Assembly: GCA_050287085.1 (NCBI GenBank)
Contig: JBNKBE010000007.1
Coordinates: 96,001 to 160,000, forward strand
Length of the DNA stretch: 64,000 bases
Reading direction: 5' to 3'
DNA from: Polyangiaceae bacterium
GTDB taxonomy: Bacteria > Myxococcota_A > Polyangia > Polyangiales > Polyangiaceae
Shown here: positions 12,798 to 23,836 of the stretch, one piece after another
Layout: the number at the start of each line of letters is the position of its first letter
How positions within the stretch are numbered: position 1 is the stretch's first letter
Position numbers and translations under genes: made by a program
The notes under the pieces: generated by a model
What the model saw: the letters and a program-made list of their open reading frames with translations, nothing else
Database searches by the model: none
What the model was told of the DNA's origin: nothing

Positions 12798-13022
12798 GTG
12801 TGCCTCGCCCTTTCTATGCACGGGCGCCCGGGACCACAGGCTAGCGCCGGATCACATCCAGGCCCTCGGAGCGCCACTCGCGCCAGAAGAAGGTGTGTCG
12901 CGGGACTCAGATGTCCACCCTGTCCTCGCTTTTTTGTTCAAGACGAGGACAGACGCGGACGCCGCGCGCGTTCTTTGCGCACGGCACACCCCTCCAACCC
13001 GCAATTCGAGGCCCCAAATTTG

Positions 13023-13053
13023 AGGCCCCCCAACTCCAGGCTTCTGGGGGCCT
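13023..13053 (-). terminator. GC-rich hairpin just downstream of gyrB
   Basis: AGGCCCCC (13023-13030) and GGGGGCCT (13046-13053) form a perfect 8-bp inverted repeat 12 bp after the gyrB stop; no clear U-tract. Confidence 0.4.
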
Positions 13054-13065
13054 GCTCGTATCCGC

Positions 13066-15582
<2,517 letters not shown>

Positions 15583-15588
15583 TCATTG

Positions 15589-16725
15589 TCACCCTTCGGC
15601 GAGCGCACCGCCCGTAGCAGCTGAGCTCGCGGAGGGGGTCAGGGCACCCTTGCACACGCGAAAATCGGCGCGTTCTGAATCGCTGAGGCCGGGAGTCTTG
15701 AATAGGTCGGGACGAGTGGTGGTGACTACAACTTGGCTCTCACTGCGCCGAACGAAGTCATATACAGCTCCAGTGCGTGTGGGATCGAGCTCGCTTGAAA
15801 CATCGTCCAGCAGGAGGATGGGCTGAGTACCGCGTGCGGCGCGAATGCAGTCTAACTCTGCCGCTTTGAGAGCGAGCGTCAGTATGCGCTGCTGCCCCTG
15901 GGACGCGTGGCGCCGAGCGGGTCTTCCCTCCAAGAGCAGAAGAACATCGTCCTTTCCAGGCCCGAAGCTCGTCGAACGCGAGCGGCGGTCGCGTTCGCGT
16001 CGGGAGCGTAGCTCTCTGCGACAGACATCGACGTCGATCGAGCTGGCCGGGGCATATCGTAGCTCCAGCGTCACGGAACTTGGCGCCATCGAGGCAAAAG
16101 CGGGTTGCAGAGCCTCTCTCAAGGAGTCGGCCGCTTGTTGCCTAGCTCGCGTCAGGCTTGCCCCGTGTTCGGCCATCAGCGACTCGAAGATCTCCGCCTC
16201 CCTTGAACTGCCAAGTTCAAGCGCTCGCTGACGCTCGCGTTGAGCTCGGGTATAGCGTGCGCGATGGTCTCCGCTGATCGGGTCGATGAACAGCGCTATG
16301 CGATCGAGCAGTTTGCGGCGTTTGGTAGCGGACCCGGAGACCAACTCTAGATCTCCCGGATGAAAAACCACCACGGGGGTCTGTACGGCATAGCTGGATA
16401 GGCGACTGACCTTTTGCTCATCGACATAGACGGTTCTTCGAGCGTTCTCGATGACGGCACGCTGTCTTCTGACAACACCATCCTCGCACAGCTTGCCCTC
16501 TACGAGGGTCGACCCTGAAGCATCGTCCTTTGCGATCTCAGCCAGCTTCTCAGCGCGAAAACTTCGGCTGGTTGCTAGAAAGTAGAGGCCTTCCAGCAGA
16601 CTCGTCTTGCCCTGCCCGTTATCGCCGCTGATGACATTCACTCGCGGCGCAAGCTCGAGCACCACGTCGGCGATGTTGCGGAATGCTACTACACGGAGCC
16701 GATCTATTCGAAGGTGGAGAGGCAT
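15589..16725 (-). CDS. recF: DNA replication/repair protein RecF
   Basis: FRNI, GDNGQGKTSLLE, SQGQQR, PILLLDDVSSELD; lies between dnaN and gyrB. Start is ATG 16725 or GTG 16785. Confidence 0.95.
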   Translation of the reverse strand: MPLHLRIDRLRVVAFRNIADVVLELAPRVNVISGDNGQGKTSLLEGLYFLATSRSFRAEKLAEIAKDDASGSTLVEGKLCEDGVVRRQRAVIENARRTVYVDEQKVSRLSSYAVQTPVVVFHPGDLELVSGSATKRRKLLDRIALFIDPISGDHRARYTRAQRERQRALELGSSREAEIFESLMAEHGASLTRARQQAADSLREALQPAFASMAPSSVTLELRYAPASSIDVDVCRRELRSRRERDRRSRSTSFGPGKDDVLLLLEGRPARRHASQGQQRILTLALKAAELDCIRAARGTQPILLLDDVSSELDPTRTGAVYDFVRRSESQVVVTTTRPDLFKTPGLSDSERADFRVCKGALTPSASSAATGGALAEG

Positions 16726-16866
16726 GGCGCAGTGGAATGCCGAGTTTCTAGCGGTGGCAGCGATAAGCTGGCGGGCTTCGTTCACACACCGCCGAGCAGC
16801 TGCTGTGCTACCTCTTGCATGGTCTCCGTTATGAGACGACGCTGGTTGTCTATTGGCTCAGTCAAC

Positions 16867-17994
16867 CTATATGCGCATCGGCATAATCACTGCGAGATAG
16901 TTGGTACCCTCGCGTTGTTCCGCGGGACAAATCAAGGCAGGATCGAGTTCGCCACTGATACCCAGCAGCAGATCTTCGCTCTCGATAGCTCCCAGTACAT
17001 CAAGGAAGTACTTGGCGTTGAAACCGATTGTGAAACTGTCGCCGGCGTATTCAACGGCGACTTCGTCGAAGCCATCGCCGGTATCAGGGCTCTCACTGGA
17101 GAAGCGGACGACGTTTTCTCCCAATGTCAGCTTAACGCCTCCCGTGCGATCGCTCGCCGCGAGCGATACAGCTTTCAGCGCGTCAGCAACTGCAGCCCTC
17201 GGCGCTCGAATGCTATTCGTGGTTGATTCGGGAATGACCTGGTCATACGGCGGGAATTGAGCATCCACTAGCTTGACGCTGAATTGGACCCCAGCCAGGT
17301 CGAAGAACGCGTTGGTTTCGTTGTGTCGCACCACAACGTCTTTCTGACCTTCGGCTCTGGCCTCGTCGCATAGGCGCCGGAGTTCTTGGATTCCCTTGAG
17401 AGGGATGAGCATTGAAGTTTCGCCGGTGCCAGAGGTGGTAACCTCCATCTTGCTCAACCGATGGCCATCGGTTGTTACCATTCGCACCACGTCTCCAGAC
17501 CACTCGAGCAGCGCGCTGTTGAGATGGATGCGGGTCTCGTCGGTTGAAACCGAGAAATGCGTGGAGGCTATCAGCTGAGCTAGTGTGTCGATCTCAAGCG
17601 TGAGCGAGTGAGATGCCTCGTCGGGTTGTGGCAGTTGAGGAAAGTCATCGCCAGCAAGTCCGTGCAGGGTGTAGCGGCGAGGTTGCTCAGCGGCCTTCAG
17701 GATGGCGCTGGCGTTGTCGTCCGTTGTCAGCGAGATGTTGCCGTCGGGCATCATTTTGACGCGCTCGAAGAGGTCACGAGCGCCGATGGCCGCAAGTCCA
17801 GCTTGCCCAACCTGTGCCGGAATGGCGCCGCTCAGTCCGACGTTGAGATTGGTCGCTGATAGGCGAAGCCGCGAGTCACCTTCGGTCGTGAGAAGGACGT
17901 TGCCCAAGACGGGCATCGTGCTGCGCTTGTCTGCGACGCTTTGGCAGCGAGCGAGCAGTCGTAGGATCTCCTTTTTGCTGACGGTGACCTGCAT
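16867..17994 (-). CDS. dnaN: DNA polymerase III beta clamp
   Basis: 375 aa; TMPVLGNV, ATNL, VTTDGHRL, FPPYDQVIP, IGFNAKY, C-terminal VIMPMRI. Confidence 0.97.
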   Translation of the reverse strand: MQVTVSKKEILRLLARCQSVADKRSTMPVLGNVLLTTEGDSRLRLSATNLNVGLSGAIPAQVGQAGLAAIGARDLFERVKMMPDGNISLTTDDNASAILKAAEQPRRYTLHGLAGDDFPQLPQPDEASHSLTLEIDTLAQLIASTHFSVSTDETRIHLNSALLEWSGDVVRMVTTDGHRLSKMEVTTSGTGETSMLIPLKGIQELRRLCDEARAEGQKDVVVRHNETNAFFDLAGVQFSVKLVDAQFPPYDQVIPESTTNSIRAPRAAVADALKAVSLAASDRTGGVKLTLGENVVRFSSESPDTGDGFDEVAVEYAGDSFTIGFNAKYFLDVLGAIESEDLLLGISGELDPALICPAEQREGTNYLAVIMPMRI

Positions 17995-18090
17995 GGCCCT
18001 GTCGTGTAGCCCGTCCCGGGATGGAAGCGCTAGGGCTTGTGACTGGGAATGCGCAGGCCTGACTGAATGTTCAGGGAAGGAGCGGGAACC

Positions 18091-18315
18091 TAAAGATAAG
18101 ATCTTAAGAAATTTAATTTTGTAGTCGTCGTTTTAGGTGCTGTGGCTTCTGTGGACTTCCTCGTAAGGCACTATAATTGTTGGATTAATTGAGGAACTCT
18201 AGTGGGGACAAGCCGTGCTCCCAACTCGGGAGGAGCTGGGGACGTATGACTGTCCCCGGGTTCTGCTCAATTGTCACACCATCTCATCCAAAGTGTTACG
18301 AAGGGGTTGTCCACA
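18091..18315. promoter_or_regulatory. Putative chromosomal replication origin (oriC)
   Basis: 26 of 30 nt are A/T at 18091-18120; trio-like TAG TCG TCG TTT TAG at 18122-18136; GTGC spacer; tandem degenerate DnaA boxes TGTGGCTTC and TGTGGACTT at 18141-18158; further boxes TGGGGACAA (18203-18211) and TTGTCCACA (18307-18315); directly upstream of dnaN. Confidence 0.85.
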
Positions 18316-18387
18316 GTTCGGAACGGCCGAATTCTAGCTCATAGGGGGTCACGATCTGACCCATGTGAGGGATGGTGGGGAGAGCGA

Positions 18388-19797
18388 TCAAGAGTCGGGG
18401 CGTTGCAGCAAGCGGACGCGAGCCAAGGCTTCCAGCAACATTTGATGCGTGCGCTCATAGGTCTTTGGTCCGATTTCGTCAGCGTCTTTGGCCCTTTCCA
18501 CCGCGAGCAATTCGTTCAGCAAGACCTTCTCAGCTTGAGCTGCGTCTTCGCTTAGCAACCCTCGCGGGGGCTTCTTTCGGGCGAGCCAGAGCCCAGCCAA
18601 AGCGAAAGCGCCGGCTAGGGTGGCGGCTACCAGGGGCCCGCGTCCGCGAGTTGGTAGTCCGGTGACGTGTGCGATGTATTCGTTCGGGCCGCGCTCGGCG
18701 GGTCGTAGAAAGTCCTTTTGAACGAAGATCGCGGCTTGTCCGTCGTTGCCTGTTGTTTCAGCGGGCGCGCCGAAGCCAGCCACGGAGAGGTTCATCGTCT
18801 TGGAACGCTCGAGAAAGATCCGGGTGTCTACCGTGTTGGGGATCACGGGCAAGGCTAAGTCGGCGGTGTCGGAACCCGGATTGGGCAGCTGAAAGCCGAA
18901 GGAAAGCTCGTGTTCACCGGGTGTGACGGTACCGCTAATGCGCAGCGAGTTGCCGGCGCCGTGGCGAACCTGGATGTCGCCGCTGGTGCGCATCGGGCGA
19001 AATGCGCTGGCTTCGGCTGGCAGGGGGATACTGAACTCGCGCGGCAGCCAGGTAATCGGATTCGTGTTGTAGAGTCGGAATAGAACCTGAATCTGAAAGA
19101 TCTCGTTGCGTGGTTCGATGATGTACAGAGCACGAGAGACAACAAACGTCTCCTCCATGCGCTCGGTGGTTGGAAACAGCGTCATGCCGACGAACGTGCC
19201 GCCGCTTGACTTCAAGCGGAACGAGTCGCTCTTATAGGTCGCGCCGGCGTGGGCGACTGAGAGCTCATAGCGGTACGACGAATCAGTCTGGAGCTGGAGA
19301 AAGCCGGCGCGACCTTCCGAGTCCGTCGTTCCGTGATGAACGAAGCTCTTGTCGCCTTCACGAATGCTCTCGCGAACACCGTCGAGCCGCACTTCGCGAC
19401 TGCCGATGGGCGTACCGTCGGGGTTGCGAAGGACGACGACAATGGTGCCTTTCGGGAGCTGCGCCATTGTCTCGATCTTCGTGGCAGGCTGAAAGACCTG
19501 ACCGGCGCGGGCCGCAAGCGCCTGCTGTACTGCCAGTGCGTTGGCAAATGGGCTTCCCACCTGCAGCTTTGGATTGTCGCCACCTGATCCCAAAGCGGCG
19601 TTCGCGTGAGGATTGGTCGCGTGAGGATTGGTCGCGTGAGGATTGGTCGCAGGCGCGGCAGCTTGCGCCGCGGGCGCTGCTTGGACCGGGGAGGCGCCGC
19701 CCGCTTGAGCGTGCACCGGGGTAGTCTCGATCAGTGGCCAGCAGGCGAAGGAAAGCGCGGCCAGTCGGGCGAGAAGCGGATGGAGTCGAGAGTTCAT
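18388..19797 (-). CDS. Exported, membrane-anchored protein (carboxypeptidase-regulatory-like beta domain; ccm-associated)
   Basis: Signal peptide (VHA/Q), GTTDSEGRAGF beta-sandwich motif, C-terminal TM then a CcmI/SHOCT-like helix; ATGA-coupled in the ccmF operon. Confidence 0.7.
   Translation of the reverse strand: MNSRLHPLLARLAALSFACWPLIETTPVHAQAGGASPVQAAPAAQAAAPATNPHATNPHATNPHANAALGSGGDNPKLQVGSPFANALAVQQALAARAGQVFQPATKIETMAQLPKGTIVVVLRNPDGTPIGSREVRLDGVRESIREGDKSFVHHGTTDSEGRAGFLQLQTDSSYRYELSVAHAGATYKSDSFRLKSSGGTFVGMTLFPTTERMEETFVVSRALYIIEPRNEIFQIQVLFRLYNTNPITWLPREFSIPLPAEASAFRPMRTSGDIQVRHGAGNSLRISGTVTPGEHELSFGFQLPNPGSDTADLALPVIPNTVDTRIFLERSKTMNLSVAGFGAPAETTGNDGQAAIFVQKDFLRPAERGPNEYIAHVTGLPTRGRGPLVAATLAGAFALAGLWLARKKPPRGLLSEDAAQAEKVLLNELLAVERAKDADEIGPKTYERTHQMLLEALARVRLLQRPDS
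19606..19650. repeat. 15-bp coding tandem repeat x3 (ATNPH)
   Basis: GTGAGGATTGGTCGC repeated exactly three times, in frame within a linker. Confidence 0.95.
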
Positions 19798-20306
19798 GAG
19801 CGGGTGTCCTCCGCGCTTGTCGCGTCGCCATTGTCAGCGGCTGCGGGTTTGCCAGCGGCCCCCGCGCGCTCGGCCAAGTAGCGTCCAAATTCGGCCTCCG
19901 CCTCCTCGCGGGCGGGTCCAAGATTTTCGTCGACGACAGCCAATAAGGCCATCGCTTCGCTTCGGTACTTCGTGGCCAGCGTTAGGTAGTCCTGATCGCT
20001 CAGTTTGCCCACCGCGCGCTCGTATTCCAGATCCTTGAGGATGCGCAGCACGGACTGCTTCCGCTCCTCTTCCGCGCTCTGGGCGCCGAACCCAAGAGCC
20101 TCTTCGAGACTGAGGGGGGCGGTGCCCGAAAGTCCGTTCAGGCTCTGCCAGAAGAGCGTTATGGCGGCGAGCACAGTGCCTGCAGCCAGCGTGATCATCA
20201 CAGCGCCACGACCCAAGACAAAGCCTGCGGCGATGCTTGCGGAAACGACGGCTGCGGCGGAAATCAGGACCCAGGGGTATTGCCCGGGGTTGTTCTTTTG
20301 ACTCAT
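19794..20306 (-). CDS. Small membrane protein, CcmI-N-terminus-like
   Basis: Two TM helices, then RKQSVLRILKDLEYERAVGKLSDQDYLTL; 3 bp downstream of ccmF. Confidence 0.65.
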   Translation of the reverse strand: MSQKNNPGQYPWVLISAAAVVSASIAAGFVLGRGAVMITLAAGTVLAAITLFWQSLNGLSGTAPLSLEEALGFGAQSAEEERKQSVLRILKDLEYERAVGKLSDQDYLTLATKYRSEAMALLAVVDENLGPAREEAEAEFGRYLAERAGAAGKPAAADNGDATSAEDTRS

Positions 20307-20309
20307 CTT

Positions 20310-22535
20310 TTATGGGGTCTGAGGGAGGGGTGCCGAGCGGGTTTCGACGACCCCCTTGGTCGTGTGGGTGGTCCACCGACTCATGGCTTGTTCGGTTACC
20401 ACAATAGTTCGTGACGTAGCCCGCATGGGTGCGGACGCCATGAGTAGCGAGAGCATTGCAGCCGTAGTCGCACCAGTAGCAAGCCGAACGCTACCCCATA
20501 CTCCAAGTCGCTTCCAGGATACCTCGGGCCAAAGGGATATCGCCGTGCCGCCGATCATGACCAATACCCCAAACCAGATCCAGGAGACGAGGGGATTGAT
20601 GTGAAAGCGAAACGTCGCCTGCTTCGTGCTGGGATCGATGCTTCCGACGACGACATAGAGGTCGTCCTTGACGCGGTGATGCATGGCTACTTCGGTGGTG
20701 GGATTGCCACCTTTCAAGTATATGAACTGAGCCGGGTGAATGGCACCCAAGTCCTGCCCGCCGGCACTTACGGCAATGTCCGCAAAGACCATGCGCTTTT
20801 CGGCGTCAACTTCCATGCGAGAGCCCTGGTAGGTCAGGGTGTAGTCACCGACTTGGAGGCTGGTGTTGGGCTTGAGAGTGGCTTCTTTCTCGACGTCCCA
20901 GGCTTTGCCCACAAAGCCCAAGAACATCAGGCAAATACCCACGTGCACGACATACCCGCCGTAGCGTCGTCGACTGCGCGCAACCAGTGTGCTCAGCGCC
21001 TCCCAGATCCCTTCGGAGGCGTTCTTGCGTCGTGCCCGAACCCCGCGCGCAAACTCCTGGTATACGACCGCCAGGTTGAAGCCGACGAGCGCCACCGTAA
21101 TCAGCGGTGCAATGGTACCCAGACGCTGCAGCGCCAGGTCGTTGAAGCTCTTGCCCTGGGCTTCGACGTCAATAATCGGAGGGAAGCCGATAGCGGAGCC
21201 CACAACGAAGTGGAGGCCAACGACCACCGCCATGACGATCAGGGGCAGACGGAACGCGACTTTCAGCGCTTCGCCACTTGTCTTGCGCCAACCGAAGAGC
21301 GGAGCGACGCCCATCAACAGCAGTAGTAGCAGTCCGATCGGTGCCATCCAGCGATTGTAGAACGGAGGGCCAACGGTGACGCTTTCGTCCCACAGGCCTT
21401 CGCTGATCTTTGGAAAGAGGGTGGCTACCGCGATGAATACAGCGGCTCCGAGCAGAGCCCAATTGTTGATAACGAACGCGGCCTCGCGCGAAGCCACCGT
21501 TTCAATGCGAGCTGGCGAGCGGAGCTCTGGCCAGCGCCATACCAGCAGGCCGAGGGTGGTTGCGATGATCAACCCCATGAACCAAACGAAGTAGATGCCG
21601 ATGTTGCTTTGCGCGAAGCTGTGAACGCTAGCGATGAGTCCCGACCGAGTGAGGAAGGTACCGAAGATGGTCAGAAAGAAGGTCGTCGCAATCAGCACTA
21701 TGTTCCAGACGCGGAACATGCCACGGCGCTCCTGAATCATGGTTGAGTGCACGTAGGCGGAGGCGGTGAACCAGGGCAAGCAGGCCGCGTTCTCCACCGG
21801 ATCCCATGCCCAATAGCCGCCCCACCCCAGCTCTTCGTATGCCCAGAGCATGCCCAGGGCGTTGCCGATGGTTAGAAATAGCCAGGCAAATAGCATCCAC
21901 TTCCGCACCGCGACGATCCACTCCTTGTCCAGGCGTCCAGTGATCAAGGCGGCGACGGCAAAAGCGAACGGAATGGAGCAACCGACGAAGCCCGTGTAGA
22001 GGCTTGGCGGATGGATAATCATGTAGAAGTTACGCAGCAGCGGATTGAGTCCCTCACCGTCTGCTTTCGCACCCGCGATCGCGGTTTCGAACGGATTCGC
22101 CGAGAAGATCATGAGCACGGCGAAAAAGGCCATGATCACCATTAGCGTTGCGATTACGTATGGTTGCAGCTGCCTATAACGCCCGCGCAGCCACCTCACG
22201 CAAGCAGAGACATACAAGCTCAGCAAGAACAGCCACCACAGGATGGAGCCATCCTGGCCGCCCCAAAGCGAGGCAAAGAGGTAGCCTGTGCTCATCGAGC
22301 GCTCGCTGTAGCGGGCTACGTAGCGGATACGAAAGTCGTGCGTCAGGAAGGCATAACCCAGGACCAAGACGCCAAGCAGAACTAGGGCGCAGGTTCCGTA
22401 GGCGCCCAGGCGCGCTGAGCGCAACAGGCGAGGCCGTCCTCGCGCGGCGACGATCGAAAGCGCAAAGGTGTACGCCGCCGCGACCAGGATAGAAAAGATC
22501 ACCCCGGTGCCGAACTGAGGAAGGGACTGCCACAT
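20310..22535 (-). CDS. ccmF: Cytochrome c heme lyase CcmF
   Basis: WGGQDGS, GLNPLL, HPP.LY.GF, WWD motif WGGYWAWDPVENA, GTFLTRSG..SVHSF, YGGYVVHVG, NPLVSWIW. Confidence 0.95.
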   Translation of the reverse strand: MWQSLPQFGTGVIFSILVAAAYTFALSIVAARGRPRLLRSARLGAYGTCALVLLGVLVLGYAFLTHDFRIRYVARYSERSMSTGYLFASLWGGQDGSILWWLFLLSLYVSACVRWLRGRYRQLQPYVIATLMVIMAFFAVLMIFSANPFETAIAGAKADGEGLNPLLRNFYMIIHPPSLYTGFVGCSIPFAFAVAALITGRLDKEWIVAVRKWMLFAWLFLTIGNALGMLWAYEELGWGGYWAWDPVENAACLPWFTASAYVHSTMIQERRGMFRVWNIVLIATTFFLTIFGTFLTRSGLIASVHSFAQSNIGIYFVWFMGLIIATTLGLLVWRWPELRSPARIETVASREAAFVINNWALLGAAVFIAVATLFPKISEGLWDESVTVGPPFYNRWMAPIGLLLLLLMGVAPLFGWRKTSGEALKVAFRLPLIVMAVVVGLHFVVGSAIGFPPIIDVEAQGKSFNDLALQRLGTIAPLITVALVGFNLAVVYQEFARGVRARRKNASEGIWEALSTLVARSRRRYGGYVVHVGICLMFLGFVGKAWDVEKEATLKPNTSLQVGDYTLTYQGSRMEVDAEKRMVFADIAVSAGGQDLGAIHPAQFIYLKGGNPTTEVAMHHRVKDDLYVVVGSIDPSTKQATFRFHINPLVSWIWFGVLVMIGGTAISLWPEVSWKRLGVWGSVRLATGATTAAMLSLLMASAPMRATSRTIVVTEQAMSRWTTHTTKGVVETRSAPLPQTP

Positions 22536-22948
22536 GCTGGCGAACGTAGTCGCGACCGCCTCGGACGGCTAGCCTGATTCGCAGCTTGACGACAACCAAG
22601 TCCCAGCTCGTCCCCAACTCCGTCGCAGACCGCTCCTTCGGTGGGGGCAATCTCCAGCGCGAGCATATAGCGATGTCTTGGAGCTGTTGCGTGTCACAGT
22701 TCTTCCGAACAGCGGCCACTGCCCCTCGAGGGCAAGGTGCGTTAGAGAAGCCCTCGAGGCTGACAGGGATCCCTTCCCAGGCGGAAAGTGGTGGGCTGAG
22801 AGCCGACTGGGCGATGGCAGCGTGGTGTCGCGCGTACGCGCTGGCGCGACCCCTACGGCACGGCCTGCAGGGGTTCCAGAGAACGGTCGGGAGAGACTGC
22901 GCCCGACGCGCAGCGCGCATCCGTGCCGCAGCGCGCGCTCGCAGCGAA

Positions 22949-23680
22949 CTACGCGTCGCAGATGGTCGTGCCGACGCTTTCACCCAGGCACACGCGTCGG
23001 ATGTTTCCGCGCTGCATGCGGAAGACGCGGATCGGCAGCCCATTCTCTCGGCACAGGGTGACCGCCGTTGAGTCCATGACTCTCAAATGCTCGCCGAGAA
23101 AGCGATCGTAGCTCATCGTTCGGTACATTTCGGCGCTCGGGTGCTTGACGGGATCTCGATCGTAGATGCCGTCGACCTTGGTCGCTTTCAGCAACGCGTC
23201 ACAGCGCAGTTCCATAGCCCGTAGGGCTGCTGCGGTGTCGGTCGAGAAGTAGGGGTTTCCGGTGCCCGCTGCGCAGATGACGGCATATCCACGGTCCAGG
23301 TGGCGTATCGCCCGTCGTTTGATGTAGGGCTCGGCGACCTGTTTGATCTCGAGGGCGGTCATTACGCGAGTGGTGATGCCGACCCGCTCCAACGCATCCT
23401 GCAGCGCCAGGGAGTTGATCACCGTGGCCAGCATGCCCATGTAGTCGCTCTGCGCGCGGTCCATGCCTTCACTTGCGCCGCGCAGGCCGCGAAAGATGTT
23501 GCCACCACCCACGACGACGCCAATTTGGACACCCGTTGCGTGGAGCTCTTTCAGCTCCTCAGCGGTTCCGCGCAGGACGGAAGGATCGATGCCGCTGCCC
23601 CCGGTGGCTCCGCTGAGCGCCTCCCCGCTGAGCTTGATGATGACGCGTCGATAGGCGAGCTTTCCAGCAGGTGTGGCCAC
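22949..23680 (-). CDS. pyrH: Uridylate kinase
   Basis: YRRVIIKLSGEAL, VGGGNIFRG, DYMGMLAT, GTGNPYFSTDTAAALRA, KATKVDG, VMDSTA; likely GTG start at 23680. Confidence 0.96.
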   Translation of the reverse strand: MATPAGKLAYRRVIIKLSGEALSGATGGSGIDPSVLRGTAEELKELHATGVQIGVVVGGGNIFRGLRGASEGMDRAQSDYMGMLATVINSLALQDALERVGITTRVMTALEIKQVAEPYIKRRAIRHLDRGYAVICAAGTGNPYFSTDTAAALRAMELRCDALLKATKVDGIYDRDPVKHPSAEMYRTMSYDRFLGEHLRVMDSTAVTLCRENGLPIRVFRMQRGNIRRVCLGESVGTTICDA

Positions 23681-23836
23681 AGAGTGGGCGTTTACTCTTG
23701 CTTGCTGCAGAGTGCAATCGAGCATTAGACTTGATTGGCGCTTCGTTCCGGTGAGGCAGTATCTTCTCCGCTCGTGGCTGGCCGTGTGTGATACGGTGCT
23801 CCGTTCTGCTCGGTAGGGGCCGACCAAGATTCAAAG

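Noticed and set aside
22174..23071. ORFs spanning the pyrH-ccmF gap (22174-23043, 22586-23071, 22678-23061) as genes or an frr remnant
   Set aside because: They overlap real genes and show no resemblance to Frr or any family I recognise.
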